The notes under the pieces are model-generated. The model saw nothing but the letters and a program-made list of their open reading frames with translations. It did no database searches and was not told where the DNA came from. 64,000 nt of DNA from Eukaryota sp. TZLM1-RC (Eukaryota; Protista; Metamonada: BaSk clade): contig JAUPSS010000011.1 in assembly GCA_040285825.1 (NCBI GenBank), positions 879,658 to 943,657 on the forward strand, in the 5' to 3' direction. The translations under genes were made by a program, and so were the position numbers. Position 1 is the stretch's first letter. Each line of letters opens with the position of its first letter. Below, in pieces: positions 62,379 to 64,000 of the stretch.

Positions 62379-63387
62379 TTTTTTAAATTAATTTTATTTT
62401 ATTGTTAAACCACAGTCTAAAAGTCAATATCTTCAAAACAAGCTTCCACACCATCAAACCTTACAGCAGCAATGTTTTCATAATGTGCACTGACAGACAT
62501 TAAAGCTTTCGAAATCATTTTAGGAATTGATTTGAAAATAGTAAAAACAATACGATTTAGCCACAAGCGACGATCAAAACGCTTATTCATTCTTTTTTTC
62601 ACAAGATTTTCAAAATCATCAATAAAATTCAAAGCAGTTTTTCCAAGACGACCATACAACGATATAGCAAATGGGCAAATTTGGTAATCTACATGGCGAA
62701 CATGTTTCAATTCTTTTAAAGGATTTGCATACTTTTTCCGTTTGTACAATTCGGAGTCATCAAGGGAAGATACTTCGGATTGAGCATTTTTCTTTTTTTT
62801 TTAATTTAATTTTAATTTATTTTCAAAACCACAGTCTAAAAGTCAATATCTTCAAAACAAGCTTCCACACCATCAAACCTTACAGCAGCAATGTTTTCAT
62901 AATGTGCACTGACAGACATTAAAGCTTTCGAAATCATTTTAGGAATTGATTTGAAAATAGTAAAAACAATACGATTTAGCCACAAGCGACGATCAAAACG
63001 CTTATTCATTCTTTTTTTCACAAGATTTTCAAAATCATCAATAAAATTCAAAGCAGTTTTTCCAAGACGACCATACAACGATATAGCAAATGGGCAAATT
63101 TGGTAATCTACATGGCGAACATGCTTTAATTTATTGAATTTGCACACTTGATTAAATTAAATCATAACTAATGGGACGACTATCATTAAACCAAGATTTC
63201 CTCTACAAAATCTTGATTTGCTTGCTGTCTAGCTAAAGCTTCTCTAATTCGATTGAAAAACCGCGGTAATCTATTAATAATGGCAAATTGAATCCGTGAA
63301 CGCCATAAAAAAATATCAAATCTTTTCATTGTTTTTTCTTTCACCATTTTTTGGAAGTCATCCAAAAAAGTTTCTGCTTCAACTGAT
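62379..63387 (-). mobile_element. Stack of 3' ends: D2 (62379-62791), D (62792-63124), E (63126-63387)
   Basis: ORFs 62417-62749, 62836-63147 and 63186-63404, each with a tail. Confidence 0.88.
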
Positions 63388-64000
63388 CTTCCTCCTGTTC
63401 CCAATGTTTCTGCTGATGATGTTAATTATGATTTAAATATTGATCAAACTCATTTACCAAAAACTGTTGCTCCTGATCCTACGGATAATGTCTTGAAACA
63501 TAGTTGTCCTTTTTGCAAAAAGTTCCTCTCTAATTCTTCTAATGGTCGCCCTCTCTTGTTTTGTTTTGACTGTCAAACAAGTGATTCTCTTCGTACACCT
63601 GTTAAAATTCCTGTAGAGGTGAGTCCTGCGAGTTCTGTTCCTTTGTCAATGGAAATGCGTTCTTTTTCTTCGCAATTGAAATTAAACAAATGGAACATAA
63701 CAAGATTTTGGAAATTCTTTGCCAAAAAGAATAAGAAGAAAATTAATTACAAACCAAAACAGAGAAAAGCTAATTCATCTTTTCAAGCAAGAAAATTGTT
63801 TTTGAGAGGTAGATATGGAAGCGGATTAAAAAATATTTTTTCGGGAAAACTGGCTGATACCAATCTCGAAACTGTTGAAAAATTGAAATCCCTCCATCCA
63901 ACTGAACATTTTTGCCCCAGTAAGCCTTCTATTTGTCAATATTGGCTCGAAAATCCATTTCAGGCTCAAGAAGTATTGAATGCCGTTGCTAAATTACCAA
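63388..64000 (+). mobile_element. Family B N-terminal region, runs out of window
   Basis: Encodes HSCPFCKK..LLFCFDC and RGRYGS; matches 49475-49960. Confidence 0.9.

Larger units (their letters stand above)
1..64000. mobile_element. Continuous nested array of RLE-type (CRE-like) non-LTR retrotransposons, at least 6 families
   Basis: Nearly every segment maps to one of six RT/RLE ORF families; tails, 5' truncations and TSDs at junctions; no host ORF in the ORF track. Confidence 0.95.

Noticed and set aside
1-64000. Prokaryotic RT system (retron, DGR, group II intron, CRISPR-RT)
   Set aside because: A-tails, 5' truncation, TSDs and a C-terminal zinc finger plus RLE indicate eukaryotic non-LTR elements; no spacer array or accessory genes seen.
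1-64000. HeT-A/TART-like retrotransposon telomere, or spliced-leader/rDNA target array
   Set aside because: Orientations are mixed, insertions are internal with TSDs, and no telomeric, SL or rDNA sequence is visible. A subtelomeric position cannot be excluded from this window.
1-64000. Assignment of host species or a named element family
   Set aside because: No host genes are present and no database search was possible; CRE-like is a motif-based call only.

Overview
As far as I can parse it by eye, the whole 64 kb is AT-rich eukaryotic DNA made only of nested, mostly 5'-truncated non-LTR retrotransposons. They are of the single-ORF, restriction-like-endonuclease (RLE) type and most resemble the CRE clade: RT motifs RPIA(V/I)GE, DFxNAFNS, GVKQGDPLGP and AY(M/I)DD, followed by CxC-x7/8-H-x3-C, HDxVRD and R(G/A)D...D...KxxKY. 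I found no host gene, RNA gene, telomeric repeat or unique spacer DNA. At least six families can be told apart by ORF C-terminus and tail (my labels): A ...DFLDVDL* (about 22 3' ends, two 5' ends, about 3.5 kb full length), B ...GFEDVEF*, C ...CLEDIEF*, D ...CFEDIDF*, E ...FVEEILV*, and F (internal fragment only). They insert into each other in both orientations with 4-15 bp target-site duplications (TSDs, mostly 10-14 bp), up to four levels deep. Tandem or segmental duplications of about 10.9 kb and 2.0 kb are superimposed, and copies of the larger one differ by TSD-flanked insertions. Main candidate system: a multi-family retrotransposon 'sink' domain (centromere-, subtelomere- or small-RNA-cluster-like) built by RLE elements that appear to lack strict sequence specificity and share a conserved acidic-hydrophobic C-terminal peptide. 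Coordinates were read manually (+/- a few bp). Most frameshifts lie in homopolymers and may be long-read errors.
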